Both the position numbers and the translations under genes were made by a program. A stretch of 64,000 bases of DNA from Cyanophora paradoxa CCMP329 (lineage: Eukaryota > Plantae > Glaucophyta): assembly GCA_004431415.1 (NCBI GenBank), contig QPMI01000460.1, positions 61,170 to 125,169 of the forward strand, written 5' to 3'. Shown here piece by piece: positions 40,371 through 49,789 of the stretch. Each line of letters begins with the position of its first letter. Position 1 is the stretch's first letter. The notes below the pieces were generated by a model that saw nothing but the letters and a program-made list of their open reading frames with translations, had not been told where the DNA came from and searched no databases.

Positions 40371-41042
40371 GATAGGGTTTCCTAGCCGTTAGTGCTTCGT
40401 TTGCACTTCGTTCGCAGTAGTACCGTGACTTGACCCGCGGCTTCTCGCGATTTCCTGAGTCACTGTACCCCTGTACGAAGATGCGACCCTAGCTACTTTT
40501 TCTGACTCTAGCTTGATACTTTCCGGTAGCCGTGTCCTAGGGTACACAGTAGTCTGTGATTAGCAGCTTTCTCTTGCAACGTGACAGCCTGCTCGCCTGC
40601 TGCTGGTACGCTACGGGAAGGTTGCTAAGGTCTACTGGGACGTATAAAACCTCCTAAAACATCCTCGCCGGGACCAGCGCACGCCAGCTGACGGACTTGC
40701 TGCGCACGTCCGTTGGCCGCGAGCGTGAACCCGCTGGACTACGAGGAGGCGAACGCTTGACGCTTTCGGAGAGCACCGCTACTGGCGGACGCACTCCGCT
40801 GACCCGCCTCGCCGCCGACGCTTCCCTTCTCGAAGCTTCGGACGCGCCTCCGCCGCTCACTCGCGCAGTTGGGGAGCAGCCCGCCGTACCGCGGCATCGG
40901 CTAGCTCCCTGGCTCATCGTTCGTGCCGCGCGCGCATCGGGATCGGTTGCGGCGGTCCGACTCGAACGACGGTCACGGGCCAGCTCGCGTACCGTACTGC
41001 GGTCGCGGCCCGACGGCAACGTCTACGTCGAACGACCGCGTG

Positions 41043-41696
41043 ATGGAGCGCGAAGGCATGACTTCCGGCGAGATGGCCCGACCTTCCCCCGGCCAACTGA
41101 CAATGCTCAACCGCACGGCCCGAGTCGCAGCGGCGCACGCCGAGGAGATCGCGCGCCGGCGGGTCATGGGCGCGGAGCCGCCGCAGGCGATCAAGATGGA
41201 GGACGGCAAGATGGGCCACACCACCGGGATTCCCGTCTCGCCCAACGGCGTCTTCCAACATCACAACGCCATCCGTTCGGCTACTCGCGGAGACAAGAAG
41301 TACTCCCTGCTGGACGACGGTTCGCAGGCGGCGTACCACGCCGTCGATTTCGGTGTCCGTTCGCTGCCGGCGGGACTAACGGAAGTCTACCGTTCGACGG
41401 TCGAGTTGCACCGGTCTCTCGTCGAAAACCTCGTCGACGCAGAGAGCGAGCTCACGAAGGCGAAGGCGACACTCGCGACGGCTACGGAGGAGGCGGCCAA
41501 GGAGGCGGCGCAGAAGGCCGTCCAGACGCGACAGGCCGTCGTCGACAAACTCCGGGCTGAGATGCCCTCGGACATTATTCGCGGCGTCCCCTCGTACATT
41601 AAACACATAAAGAAATACAAATTTAAATCCCTCCGCTACGCGCTTCGCGCTTCGCTCCTGGATTTAAATTTGTATTTCTTTATGTGTTTTTCTTAA
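41043..41696 (+). CDS. Intronless hypothetical protein with C-terminal coiled coil, at the element boundary
   Basis: Open frame MEREGMTSGE...ESELTKAKATLATATEEAAKEAAQKAVQTRQAVVDKLRAE; TATAAAA near 40643; may extend upstream via a frameshift. Confidence 0.45.
   Translation: MEREGMTSGEMARPSPGQLTMLNRTARVAAAHAEEIARRRVMGAEPPQAIKMEDGKMGHTTGIPVSPNGVFQHHNAIRSATRGDKKYSLLDDGSQAAYHAVDFGVRSLPAGLTEVYRSTVELHRSLVENLVDAESELTKAKATLATATEEAAKEAAQKAVQTRQAVVDKLRAEMPSDIIRGVPSYIKHIKKYKFKSLRYALRASLLDLNLYFFMCFS
41601..41689. terminator. Perfect 30-bp stem / 29-nt loop hairpin (terminator/polyadenylation or terminal structure)
   Basis: AAACACATAAAGAAATACAAATTTAAATCC (41601-41630) pairs exactly with 41660-41689; function inferred. 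Confidence 0.55.
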
Positions 41697-41699
41697 ATA

Positions 41700-41935
41700 A
41701 ATTTGTATAATTAATCGATAAATATGTATTTTCATGTTAATAAATATGTATAAATTAATCGATAAATATGTATTTTTATATTAAATTTTAATAATCTCGA
41801 TTAAACAATTGATATAATATCGATTAATTTATTGATATAAACGCGATTAATATGTATTTTATGCAAATTTGATATAATCTCGATTGAAGGAACATAAATT
41901 TATGATATAATCACGATTGATATAATCACGATTGA
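41700..41935. repeat. Very AT-rich degenerate repeats (AATCGATAAATATGTATTT; GATATAATCNCGATT)
   Basis: Directly visible. Confidence 0.7.
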
Positions 41936-41981
41936 AGTAGTCCACCGCCCATTCTATCGGAAATCGCAAAAATTCACACAG

Positions 41982-42764
41982 AGTTGCATTATGTCCAATT
42001 GAACAATCGATGAAATATCGGTTGAAAATAATTCACTCGTTACTGCATTATGTCCAATTAAACAATCGATGATATATCGGTTGAAAATAATTCACTCGTT
42101 ACTGCATTATGTCCAATTGAACAATCGATGAGATTGCAGCGTATTTTGTTGGAAGAGATGGTTACTGCATTATGTCCAATTAAACAATCGATGATATATC
42201 GGTTGAAAATAATTCACTTGTTACTGCATTATGTCCAATTAAACAATCGATGAGATATCGGATGAAAATAATTCACTCGTTACTGCATTATGTCCAATTA
42301 AACAATCGATGAAATATCGGATGAAAATAATTCACTCGTTACTGCATTATGTCCAATTAAACAATCGTTGAGATTGCGGCGTATTTGTTGGATTAGATGG
42401 TTACTGCCTTATGTCCAATTAAACAATCGATGAGATTGCGGCGTATTTTGTTGGAAGAGATGGTTACTGCATTATGTCCAATTAAACAATCGATGAGATT
42501 GCGGCGTATTTTGTTGGAAGAGATGGTTACTGCATTATGTCCAATTAAACAATTGATGAGATTGCGGCGTATTTTGTTGGAAGAGATGGTTACTGCATTA
42601 TGTCCAATTAAACAATCGATGAGATTCGGTTGAGATTTTTACTGTATCAAAAATGACCCCAGAGTTGCATTATGTCCAATTAAACAATTGATAAGATTGG
42701 ATTCTGTTTTTTACTGTATCAAAATTGTGTTTCAAGTGTAACATGTCCAATTAAACAGTCGATA
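41982..42764. repeat. 13-unit array: constant core GTTACTGCATTATGTCCAATTAAACAATCGATGA with three recurring spacer types (59/63-bp units)
   Basis: Core starts ~41985, 42039, 42098, 42161, 42220, 42279, 42338, 42400, 42463, 42526, 42589, 42664, 42743; spacer order A A B A A A B B B B C C'. Confidence 0.9.
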
Positions 42765-42770
42765 ATCAAT

Positions 42771-43047
42771 GTGTAACAGGTGAATCCCAAGGTGTAACGG
42801 GTGTAACAGGTAAATCCCAAAGTTTTGGATTTTCATCTCCTATGAGGAAAGTTTGGGAAACACCTGTTACACCTGTTACATGACACTATAATCAATGTAA
42901 GGAATCGAATATATTAATGCTTTGTTTGATAGATGTAACAGGTGAATCCCAAGGTGTAACAGGTGTAACAGGTAAATCCCAAAGTTTTGGGTTTTTGGCC
43001 TCCCTAGGAGCGAAGTTTGGGATTTACCTGTTACACCTGTTACACCT
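42771..43047. repeat. Two tandem iteron-containing palindromes (AGGTGTAAC units), candidate replication origin
   Basis: Second copy has a perfect 32-bp stem (42952-42983 / 43016-43047); first copy 42771-42880 is imperfect. Confidence 0.8.
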
Positions 43048-43301
43048 GACGATATTCAATAAGACATGTTATATTTCTTCAAAATCTCAGTGTGATTAAC
43101 TCGGAAATCGCGCTGCTATCTGCTTCTCCGCTTTCTCCAACCCTGAAAAGATCTCTGTTATTCTCTCATCTATCAATTTAGATATTACGGAGGTCTTACT
43201 TTCAAAAAATGATGCTCGTGGGCAACCCAAAATGATTTAAGGAAGAAGCGACAGTATAGAGTAAACCGGGTAAAAGATTTTCTCAGACGTAATTCAGTGT
43301 C

Positions 43302-43919
43302 ATGGCGTATCTCTTCGAAGGTGAGCCGATCTTCTCGGTTCCGATTGCTGAAATGCGATTTGGTGTGAAGGATATTCTTGATCTTGCTGAAACTATTGAG
43401 GTTTTGCATCGAAAGATTGGAACATACTCTTATCCTGGAATGGATCAAATGGTTTGTTTTGGTTATTTTCGGAGAAATTCGGATCGGATTTGTGCGAGAA
43501 CTCGCGATGATCGGTTCTTCTATAATCATGTGAATTATAATGATCATGGTAAGTTTAGCCATCTTAATGAAGTGCGTAATGCTGAACTTGATTTCATCGT
43601 TGTTGTTAATTTTCATGATCTTCTTTTCAACACTACAAAGACTCACGATGACGTAATTAATGCAATTGGGATATGCTATGGACAAGAAGAACATCGTGAA
43701 CGTTACTATTTCCACATTCCAAGAGATCTTCGTGCTTATCATGCTAAGTTTGAAGAGCATGGATGGAAGATTGTGAACCGAGCGACTCTACGTAAATACC
43801 TTAAACAAAATGGCGCTCGTTGGGTTCGCGAAAACAACAGATGGTATACAGAGGATCAGAATGGTGTTGTCGCTGATATCTTCAAACCATATATCCCAAT
43901 AGCTAATCGTTTCCAATAG
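43302..43919 (+). CDS. Viral hypothetical protein (205 aa)
   Basis: Intact ATG-stop ORF with viral composition; no recognised motif. Confidence 0.7.
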   Translation: MAYLFEGEPIFSVPIAEMRFGVKDILDLAETIEVLHRKIGTYSYPGMDQMVCFGYFRRNSDRICARTRDDRFFYNHVNYNDHGKFSHLNEVRNAELDFIVVVNFHDLLFNTTKTHDDVINAIGICYGQEEHRERYYFHIPRDLRAYHAKFEEHGWKIVNRATLRKYLKQNGARWVRENNRWYTEDQNGVVADIFKPYIPIANRFQ

Positions 43920-44805
43920 CTACAAACTCCAACTGAAACGAATTATCGATACCATTCATATCTACAAGATCACCAAAATAATCACGAAATTCAACTGTTA
44001 ATTCACGAATAACAAGGTTTTTGTCTGTTATTTTTATGTATTCACCATGCTCTCCGCTATGGTAAACATACTTCCCGATGTCCTGACTCAATTGTAATCG
44101 CAAGATCGCGCCTTGATTCTGCGGTTGCGATTTCGGGACTATATTGTGGTTGGATGCAAAAGAAGAGAGTTCTTTGATGTGCATATACAAGTATTGCTCA
44201 GCGTTCATATCCGCCATCTTTGGACTTGTTGCTTTGTGTTGCAACGGCACTGGATCTACACCTTCAAACGTAATTCCCCATTGTGGGTGATCAGGTGTTA
44301 TTGGTCTTCCTGCATACGATAAGAAATTCTCAGGAGCGAATACAGACCTGTTATCTTCTAAATTGTGTTGCTGGCTTACCAATAATGCAGAACTCAGACC
44401 AAGTAGTTTGGCGATTCTATTGTTTGACGCTGCTATTTCGAATGGAACGCTGCTATAAAACTCTAACTTGTATGTTGTCGGGTTGTAGTATATCTTAAAG
44501 AATGTATTTTCAAGAACTTCGTAGTTTAAACCGTAATTATATGGTTGAGTAACTCCAAAGTGTCCTTGGTTTATGTAACCACTTGGTAATGGGAATACTT
44601 GCTGATTAAGGATGAAACCACCAATGTTATAACGAACTATAATATAATCGGTTCCAATCGAATTATAAATGCTGTTGGGAATCTCTGCATATAAGATACG
44701 ACACTGTCGCGGTCTGGTTATTGGTGTGGTAAGTGAGACCTTGTAAGCATTTTCTTTCTGTCCATCTAATCGATCTCTACTATCGACATTGACAAGCCGA
44801 ATCAT
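43903..44805 (-). CDS. Minor capsid (penton, single jelly-roll) protein 1
   Basis: N-terminal VNVDSRDR..YKVSL..ILYAEIPNS and C-terminal LTVEFRDYFGDLVDMNGIDNSFQLE, typical PLV/NCLDV penton pattern. Confidence 0.85.
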   Translation of the reverse strand: MIRLVNVDSRDRLDGQKENAYKVSLTTPITRPRQCRILYAEIPNSIYNSIGTDYIIVRYNIGGFILNQQVFPLPSGYINQGHFGVTQPYNYGLNYEVLENTFFKIYYNPTTYKLEFYSSVPFEIAASNNRIAKLLGLSSALLVSQQHNLEDNRSVFAPENFLSYAGRPITPDHPQWGITFEGVDPVPLQHKATSPKMADMNAEQYLYMHIKELSSFASNHNIVPKSQPQNQGAILRLQLSQDIGKYVYHSGEHGEYIKITDKNLVIRELTVEFRDYFGDLVDMNGIDNSFQLEFVAIGND

Positions 44806-44833
44806 TTTATTATATGGTTATAGATAAAAGAAG

Positions 44834-45838
44834 ATGCCTGTGGAATACGTTGAAGTGTCTTCCTTCAAAACAATACCTAATCTGGATGCTCCAACATCAC
44901 GATTTGTTGCGGATCTTCCAAAGACGTATGAGAATGTAAGAGCGGTTCGCCTCGTCTCCGCTGAATTCTATAACTCCATCCCACTCATTAGCGGTGAAAC
45001 AGAACCTGGGGATGCAACAATAGAGGATGCCTTTATTATCAATTTCAGCCAAAAGTCCACATCCACCGGTGCAAATGCTCCTGAGATTCTATATGATAGT
45101 TGGCGTTCTATTAGACCTGGTGCAGGTCTAAAAACCCCAATCAATACTCATCAGCAACTCGTTGCCCGAATCAATAACCGTTTTGAGAATCTCTCGCCTC
45201 CTTCTGCAATTCGCTGTGGTTGGGATGTAACCGCAAAAAGAGTTATCTTTTATGCTCCTGTGGAATTCTATATTTGCTTCTCATATGCAAAAGATCCTTC
45301 TGTTTCCGCAATCGAGAAAGCGCTACGACACGCTCGAATCTTGGGTCTGGATGCTGGACGCTGGGGAAACAAGTTTATTAAATCACAAGTCTATGGAACA
45401 GATACAAGTTCCGTTTTTACAGGTGCAAATGTAAACGGTATTATCTCAACATTCCCCACAGAGACCTGTAAAGATAACGTCTTTTTCGTGAGAGTAAAAG
45501 AACTTGGTGACCTCGTCCAATGTGCCGATGGTCTCCTTACTGGATACTTCCATAAACTCACGGTTCAAGATAAAGACTTTGCGGAACACGTTGTTTACAA
45601 TTCGACGGAAGCAAATCCGCTGTATAAATACTTTAATAAGAAACTATCACTATCGCAATTCTCGGTAGATGTAGTGAATAGTCAAAATGAATTAATCGAT
45701 TTCGAAGGTCAACCTGTGCATCTGACATTCGAGATCCGGTATGGTGACGAACCCGCCGGTGATCCAATTTATGAGTATTTCAAAATGAGAATGAGAGAGA
45801 CCCACCCCTTCTATCCAAATATTGCCGGATTCGCGTAA
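44834..45838 (+). CDS. Minor capsid (penton) protein 2
   Basis: FVADLPKTYENVRAVRLVSAEFYNS and LSQFSVDVVNSQNELIDFEGQPVHLTFEI. Confidence 0.8.
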   Translation: MPVEYVEVSSFKTIPNLDAPTSRFVADLPKTYENVRAVRLVSAEFYNSIPLISGETEPGDATIEDAFIINFSQKSTSTGANAPEILYDSWRSIRPGAGLKTPINTHQQLVARINNRFENLSPPSAIRCGWDVTAKRVIFYAPVEFYICFSYAKDPSVSAIEKALRHARILGLDAGRWGNKFIKSQVYGTDTSSVFTGANVNGIISTFPTETCKDNVFFVRVKELGDLVQCADGLLTGYFHKLTVQDKDFAEHVVYNSTEANPLYKYFNKKLSLSQFSVDVVNSQNELIDFEGQPVHLTFEIRYGDEPAGDPIYEYFKMRMRETHPFYPNIAGFA

Positions 45839-45892
45839 ATTAAGGATCATTCACAGAATTTTTATATTTTTGTATAGTAAAAGCAAAACAGA

Positions 45893-47292
45893 ATGGATGT
45901 TACCTCGACCCTTCAACGTCTTTCTCTGAAAGAGGCGCTTACAACGCCCGAGGAAGCCAAAGCGTTCTTCCTCGATAACTCGCTTATGCTTGGTCTTGAA
46001 TCGAAGACGAAACCCGTTCTGGTAACCGTTAGTCCATCGACAACCTACGATAACAACGTTGGTCAACGCGTTTCTTTCAAACTTCCCCGCTACAACTTTG
46101 TCGGTAAAATCGAACTCGCTTTCGATCTTCCCGAACTAACTGCTTTTACTGGTGATGACGACCTGGTGCGAAATGGTTACACTCGTCCCGTCGGTGCGCT
46201 TGTAGAGCGTCTTGAATTCTCGTATGGCTCGTATACCTACCACGTGCCGTCTGATTTCCTGGCGATTTTCCCACTGGTCTACTATTCTGAGGATCAACTG
46301 GCGAAAAAGAAGCGTTCAATGGGAATGCTTCATGGTATCCCCGCTCACGGAACCAACCGTAAAGGTGGCGCTTTCTTCGTCGAAATTCCGGTGCCGTGGT
46401 TGAACCATTATCTACCACTTGGCGCTCTCTCGGGTGAAGCCGTCATCACTGTGTGGTTTAAGGAAGCTAACAAGGGATACCTTGAAACTTCTTATGGTGG
46501 TCGCTCTCTTCCTGTTGTAGGAAGCACTGCTGCTGATAAATCATCAGATGATGGACTTGGAAATGCTACGAGCGTTACACTTGCTAATGTTGGTCAAAAC
46601 ATCACCACTGGCGGTATTACTGGGTTCGAAGTTGCTGGAACTGTTCCACCAATGACCCATTACATCTCCATTAAAGCACCTCGTCTCTACATGCATGCTA
46701 TCAACGTTTCTGATGAACTGTTTGCAACTGTTATTGAGAAGGTTAAGACCACAGGGATGGCTATTCCGCTCTCGACATCGGTTTCGTCGATTCTATCGCT
46801 GTTGCTGCAAAAGGTAACACTCAACCCAACCGAATTAATCTTAGCCAAATCTCCGGTCTCGTTTATGCTCTTCTTGTCTCTGTTCGTGATGCTGATGGTG
46901 TCGATACCTCGAATGGTTCTCACAGCGTCCTTAAAACGCTTGCGAATGCGAAGGATATCACGATGACTTGTGAGATCAACGGACAGCGTCTTTATTCGAC
47001 GGAGCCGATCCCGCTACTCAAAGGTGCGGAACTCATCGCCGATGCCTTCAAATGCTCGAATATGGACAAGGAAGCAAACCGTTACGTCCTTACTGGATTC
47101 CCATTCTGTGTTGATGGTGAGAAGGCGATTCGCAACATTGCCCAATCTGGATATGTTGACCTTACGAACTCGTCTTCATCATTCCTCACTCTATATCTTC
47201 CTGCTGATCGCACAATTACTGTTAACGTTCGCGCTCTCATGCATTCGTTCATTATTGTCGATAAGGACGGAATTCGCCGCATTAATCTCTAA
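45893..47292 (+). CDS. Major capsid protein (double jelly-roll), ~466 aa after repairing one -1 frameshift near 46770
   Basis: GQRVSFKLPR..KIELAFDLP; GALVERLEFSYG; VEIPVPW..YLPLGAL; C-terminal GYVDLTN..FLTL..VNVRALMHSFIIV..G; lies between the pentons and the ATPase. Confidence 0.8.
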
Positions 47293-47353
47293 ACCATTAT
47301 CAGTAAGATTTCGTTATTTTTATCTATCTTTATTAAGAAGAATCTACTACGCC

Positions 47354-48250
47354 ATGTCTGACGTTCCCGAATTTAATGCTGGTGAGATGATAAACCCACC
47401 ATTCCGTGTCTTAGCAATTGGAAAATCTGCGACGGGTAAAAGCGAAGCGGTCAAGTATTGGCTAAAACAGCTACATGATGCGAAAAAGATAGATGTGGTT
47501 CTCGTTGTAAGTGGGACGAGTTTCAATCATTTCTGGGATAAAGTAGCAACATTGCAACTCGGTAAATGGGATGCGCCTTACATCGCTAAACTTCTCGATG
47601 AAAGACAAGAGAAAATTGAGAAAGGAGAACCCGTTAACCAGTTATGTGTCGTTCTCGATGATCTTATAGACAATGAGATAGTCGATCTAACCCGTGATAA
47701 AATTATTGGAAGTCTTTACAGCCGTGGAAGACATTCGAAAATTTCGATTATCTGCATAACTCAGAAACTGCGTAAGGTTTCTTCAACCATTCGCGTTAAT
47801 TCGGATTATGCAATGTTCCTTAGTGCCGCCAATCGCAAAGAACTGGAAGCCATTGAAGAAGAATACAATATCATGCGGGATAAAGACGCTTTCTATAAGA
47901 TGTTTGAGGAATACGTTCACTCCTATCAGTTTCTCATTTGGAGTTCTGCGAATTATTCGGTGGAATACTATGTTGATAAAGCGGAACTCGTTAAAGAGTT
48001 TGGGTTTCCTCGGTTTCACAGAAAGCCCAAAAAGAAAGAAGACGAATTAAAACCACCCGAGAAGGAGGAAGCGCCGAAAGAGATAAAGAGCGCTGTTCAC
48101 ACGAATAAGTTGATGCGATATAAGAGGGATTGTAAAATTATCTCTGTATGTTATAATATACAATGCCGCCGAAACGTAGAGGTGTTCCCGCTGGTGCTAT
48201 GTCATATTCCGGCGGTGAAAGTCATGGATCTCTCAACACCACACCCATGA
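47354..48250 (+). CDS. A32/FtsK-family genome packaging ATPase
   Basis: Walker A GKSATGKS, Walker B LCVVLDD, SRGRHSKISIICITQ, IRVNSDY; true stop possibly ~48135. Confidence 0.92.
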   Translation: MSDVPEFNAGEMINPPFRVLAIGKSATGKSEAVKYWLKQLHDAKKIDVVLVVSGTSFNHFWDKVATLQLGKWDAPYIAKLLDERQEKIEKGEPVNQLCVVLDDLIDNEIVDLTRDKIIGSLYSRGRHSKISIICITQKLRKVSSTIRVNSDYAMFLSAANRKELEAIEEEYNIMRDKDAFYKMFEEYVHSYQFLIWSSANYSVEYYVDKAELVKEFGFPRFHRKPKKKEDELKPPEKEEAPKEIKSAVHTNKLMRYKRDCKIISVCYNIQCRRNVEVFPLVLCHIPAVKVMDLSTPHP

Positions 48251-48893
48251 AATTCAACGGAATGAGCGAAGTGAAACCATCACAACAGGAAGAAGACCCT
48301 TAAATGCCGCTTATGAAGAAGCGCCCGGTGATAAAGCGCCGCAAACATCCCAAAGTGAGCAATTGAACATCTCGCCGGAAGTCTCGAAGATGAAGGCGGT
48401 CGGTGAAGGCGCCCGTCGGATTATCGGTGCTGCCGATGATCGTGAACTCGGTCTCAAAGATCTTTCCCTCGCTCGCAAGGGTGAAGGTGTTTCCAAAGAA
48501 TCCGACAAGGTAATTCAATCGATGGCTGGTGAAGTTACTTACAAGGTTGCGCCAACTCAAAACATCCACCGAATCCCGAAAGCGCAATGGGATGAGATGA
48601 CCGCTAAATTAAAGGATCTGGAAGCAAAATCAAGCGCTCTTGAACAGTATGTAACTGAGAAGAAGGAGCGATCGAAAATCAAGGAAATGCTGCGCAAAGA
48701 GGTATTCCGAATGGGTATTACTGGTGTTCCTGATAAGCAGTTTATTGGTAAGAAGGAGACCCAAATTGACGAACAAGCGGTAGATGAGTTGAAGACAAAG
48801 ACCCAAAAGGGAACTGTTGAACCTGGTGCTACCAAAGCGGAAGTCGACAAAGGTGTAGCTCCCACAGCATACAAGCGGAGAGTTTGGCTTTAA
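48163..48893 (+). CDS. Charged hypothetical protein with basic termini (MPPKRR...YKRRVWL), one -1 frameshift at ~48300; possible core/DNA-binding protein
   Basis: ORF 48163-48303 continues into ORF 48363-48893 in the -1 frame. Confidence 0.55.
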
Positions 48894-48919
48894 TTATATA
48901 TTGTTTAAAGAGGGAATCA

Positions 48920-49138
48920 ATGGAGTTTCTGAAAAAGATCATTGAGATGTTTGAGATGCATTGCGTAACCGATTGTCACAATGACTGCTGCGATACGAAA
49001 TTCGAAATGGATTTCTCAGATGGTGGAAGCAATGGAGGGCGAAGGCAATCGCAAGATTCGATAACAACTGAGACAGTCACCGTTACGGAAACTGAGACTG
49101 TCCGTCGCCGATCGTTTTCGCATAACGATCATAAATAA
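48920..49138 (+). CDS. Small Cys/His-containing hypothetical protein
   Basis: MEFLKK...HCVTDCHNDCCD. Confidence 0.45.
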   Translation: MEFLKKIIEMFEMHCVTDCHNDCCDTKFEMDFSDGGSNGGRRQSQDSITTETVTVTETETVRRRSFSHNDHK

Positions 49139-49346
49139 TATCTTTGGTTATGGTATCAAATGTCACTCGAAGAGATCTACGACATCATACTATCGAAACG
49201 AAGGATTTACGCCGTTAAATCTGCAATTGAAGAACGTAGACACCAACTGGCTTTGGTCAACAAAAAATGACACCATAAAATACTTAAAGACATCAGGCAT
49301 AATACAGAGTGGTAAAACATTTTCTCAACTACATATAAAGGGGAAC

Positions 49347-49583
49347 ATGGCGACTGTAATTCATATAACCGAAGACATGATTAGCGTTGTCGAATTCGGC
49401 GATGAAGAAGAGGAGACCCGCGCCAATTACAAGATGAGAGATGCTCTAAGGAAGCGAACGCTCTACAACGAAGACCCCGTTTATCGGGAGTATAAGAAGG
49501 CGCAATCGCTCGCTTCATATTATCGTCGTAAGGAGCGGGAGGGAATCGAAAACAAGTCACGGGGACGTCCACGAAAGTATTGA
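49347..49583 (+). CDS. Small basic protein with C-terminal AT-hook
   Basis: Ends ...KSRGRPRKY*; preceded by TATAAAG. Confidence 0.65.
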   Translation: MATVIHITEDMISVVEFGDEEEETRANYKMRDALRKRTLYNEDPVYREYKKAQSLASYYRRKEREGIENKSRGRPRKY

Positions 49584-49789
49584 GGGAAATACCCATTTGA
49601 CCGCTGAACCCAATTACTCATTTTTCGAGCGGTCTATCGATATGCTTCGATAGATCCGTAACCATCTCCCGATTGCCGTTTTTGGTAATTGAAGAGATAT
49701 CAACCACTTAAAGGTTAGCCGCCAAAAAATGACAGGAATCCGGAGAAACTCTTTTCTCCATCATAGATAAGACACCCCCGATTATCGAA

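Noticed and set aside
40373-40380. TAGGGTTT as a telomeric seed at the junction
   Set aside because: Single unit, expected by chance
42397-42633. 78-aa repetitive ORF (MVTALCPIKQSMRLRRILLEE)n
   Set aside because: By-product of the 63-bp repeat unit; neighbouring 59-bp units break the frame
41982-42764. Bona fide CRISPR array
   Set aside because: Spacers are not unique, share their first bases, and no cas genes are present; kept only as a repeat finding
43185-43760. 191-aa minus-strand ORF
   Set aside because: Antisense shadow of the 43302-43919 gene
46970-47353. 128-aa N-terminal extension of the packaging ATPase in the ORF track
   Set aside because: Overlaps the MCP 3' end; the ATG at 47354 gives a normal ATPase start
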